A DNA stretch of 64,000 nucleotides from Malacoraja senta (Eukaryota), in NCBI GenBank assembly GCA_038087875.1, contig CM075980.1, forward strand, positions 9,672,001-9,736,000, read 5' to 3'. The notes under the pieces were generated by a model. It saw only the letters and a list, made by a program, of their open reading frames with translations. It searched no databases and was not told where the DNA came from. The position numbers were made by a program, and so were the translations under genes. Below, piece by piece: positions 62,871 to 64,000 of this stretch (positions are counted from its first letter, which is position 1; the number at the start of each line of letters is the position of its first letter).

Positions 62871-64000
62871 CCTTCTCTACACATATATCCTAAATACTTC
62901 ATAATTCTATCAAAGTAAACTTTGGCATACTTGTTGAAGCAAATATAATATTCCAACAACATTATTTGGATAAACTATAGGGAATTCATAGAACAATGGT
63001 TTAATATGAAGGAAGAAAAATGTTTGCAAATAATTAAAACAGAAATGTATCACATAATACTTGATATCTGGTACATAATAATTTTAATAAATAACATAAA
63101 TCCTAAATGATAAAAAACATCTTTATACCTGCTTATATTGACAATATTAGCTCCGTCCCCAACACACTGAAACAGGAGAGGAGGTTTGAAGGGCTGATTG
63201 ATACGAAAGACACACATCAAATACAAAAATCAATTACAGTAATCAGCTTCTGTCTGGCCCCTGGGAAATCCTACCTTATTAGATACTGCAAAAATAAATC
63301 ATAAATCACATAGCAACTGGGAATGTGTTAACAGCAAAGGTCCTTTGCAATGAAATAATTTGAAATCATGAGAATTTTTGGCACCTTAACACATTCACGT
63401 CAGCTACCCCCTGACAACAATGCTGATATGAGAGCCTGAAAACTATTGAGCTACACATGCCTATACAACAGATATTGGCACAATGTTTGGAAACAGTAAT
63501 CCATTAGTGAGTAGGACATAATCTGAGCAACCTAAAATCACAAAATCCTGAACAGGTACTCTAAATATCTGTACACTAAATGTAGATTTCTGTTAATAAT
63601 AATAATCTAGTTTTCGCAGTAGCAAACTATGAATTGGAACAAGATTTACAAAAATCCACTTTCTATTATTGGACTGAATTGTAATACATATCATCCCAAT
63701 GAGCCGTAAACCTCTGGTCCATGTAGCCGCATTTAATAATGACCAGCAAAAGACAAACTGCTGGAGGAGGCAGCATCTCTAGAGGGGAGTGACAGAAAAC
63801 ATTTGATTTGAACCTTTCAAACATCGTCTGTCTCTTTGCCTCCACAGATGCTGCCTGACCCGTTGTGTTCCGCAATGAATAGTCTAACAACAGGCACCTG
63901 ATATCACTTCTCCACAGCTGGCCAAGCAGTGCATGCATTACAGCGGTGTGCCAAGTTAAAAGATCGTTGTACTCTGGAAATCATATCCCAACCCCCCTCC

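Noticed and set aside
61256-64000. Next upstream hira exon (expected ...RRITPLCIAQLDT-like)
   Set aside because: Not found by manual scan; presumed to lie beyond the window end.
1-64000. CRISPR arrays, rRNA or tRNA genes
   Set aside because: None seen. The tRNA-like boxes belong to SINE heads and the recurring short repeats are dispersed retroelement tails, not spacer-separated arrays.

Overview
Vertebrate genomic DNA, most likely a cartilaginous fish such as a skate or ray. This is inferred from the CR1/HER1-type LINEs, HE1-like tRNA-derived SINEs, Penelope-like element (PLE) remnants and the Ig gene layout. Two host genes are visible. (1) A + strand immunoglobulin light-chain (lambda-like) gene with a leader exon (10995-11043) and a V already fused in frame to J with no RSS (11168-11512). 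It has an octamer/CRE/TATA-like promoter, but I found no constant exon before the next gene; an N-gap at 12439-12638 may hide it. (2) The last 12 coding exons of hira on the - strand (61255 down to 20254), all GT-AG and phase-compatible; the gene starts beyond the window end. The rest is mostly transposon debris: many CR1 copies, some nested; an IR-DR Tc1 split by a CR1 at its start codon; a TIR-bounded MITE; and many PLE tails carrying a minimal hammerhead-ribozyme core (CTGAAGA-stem-GAAACGTC). CpG density falls about 5-fold across the assembly gap. All of this was read by eye; no database search or folding was run.
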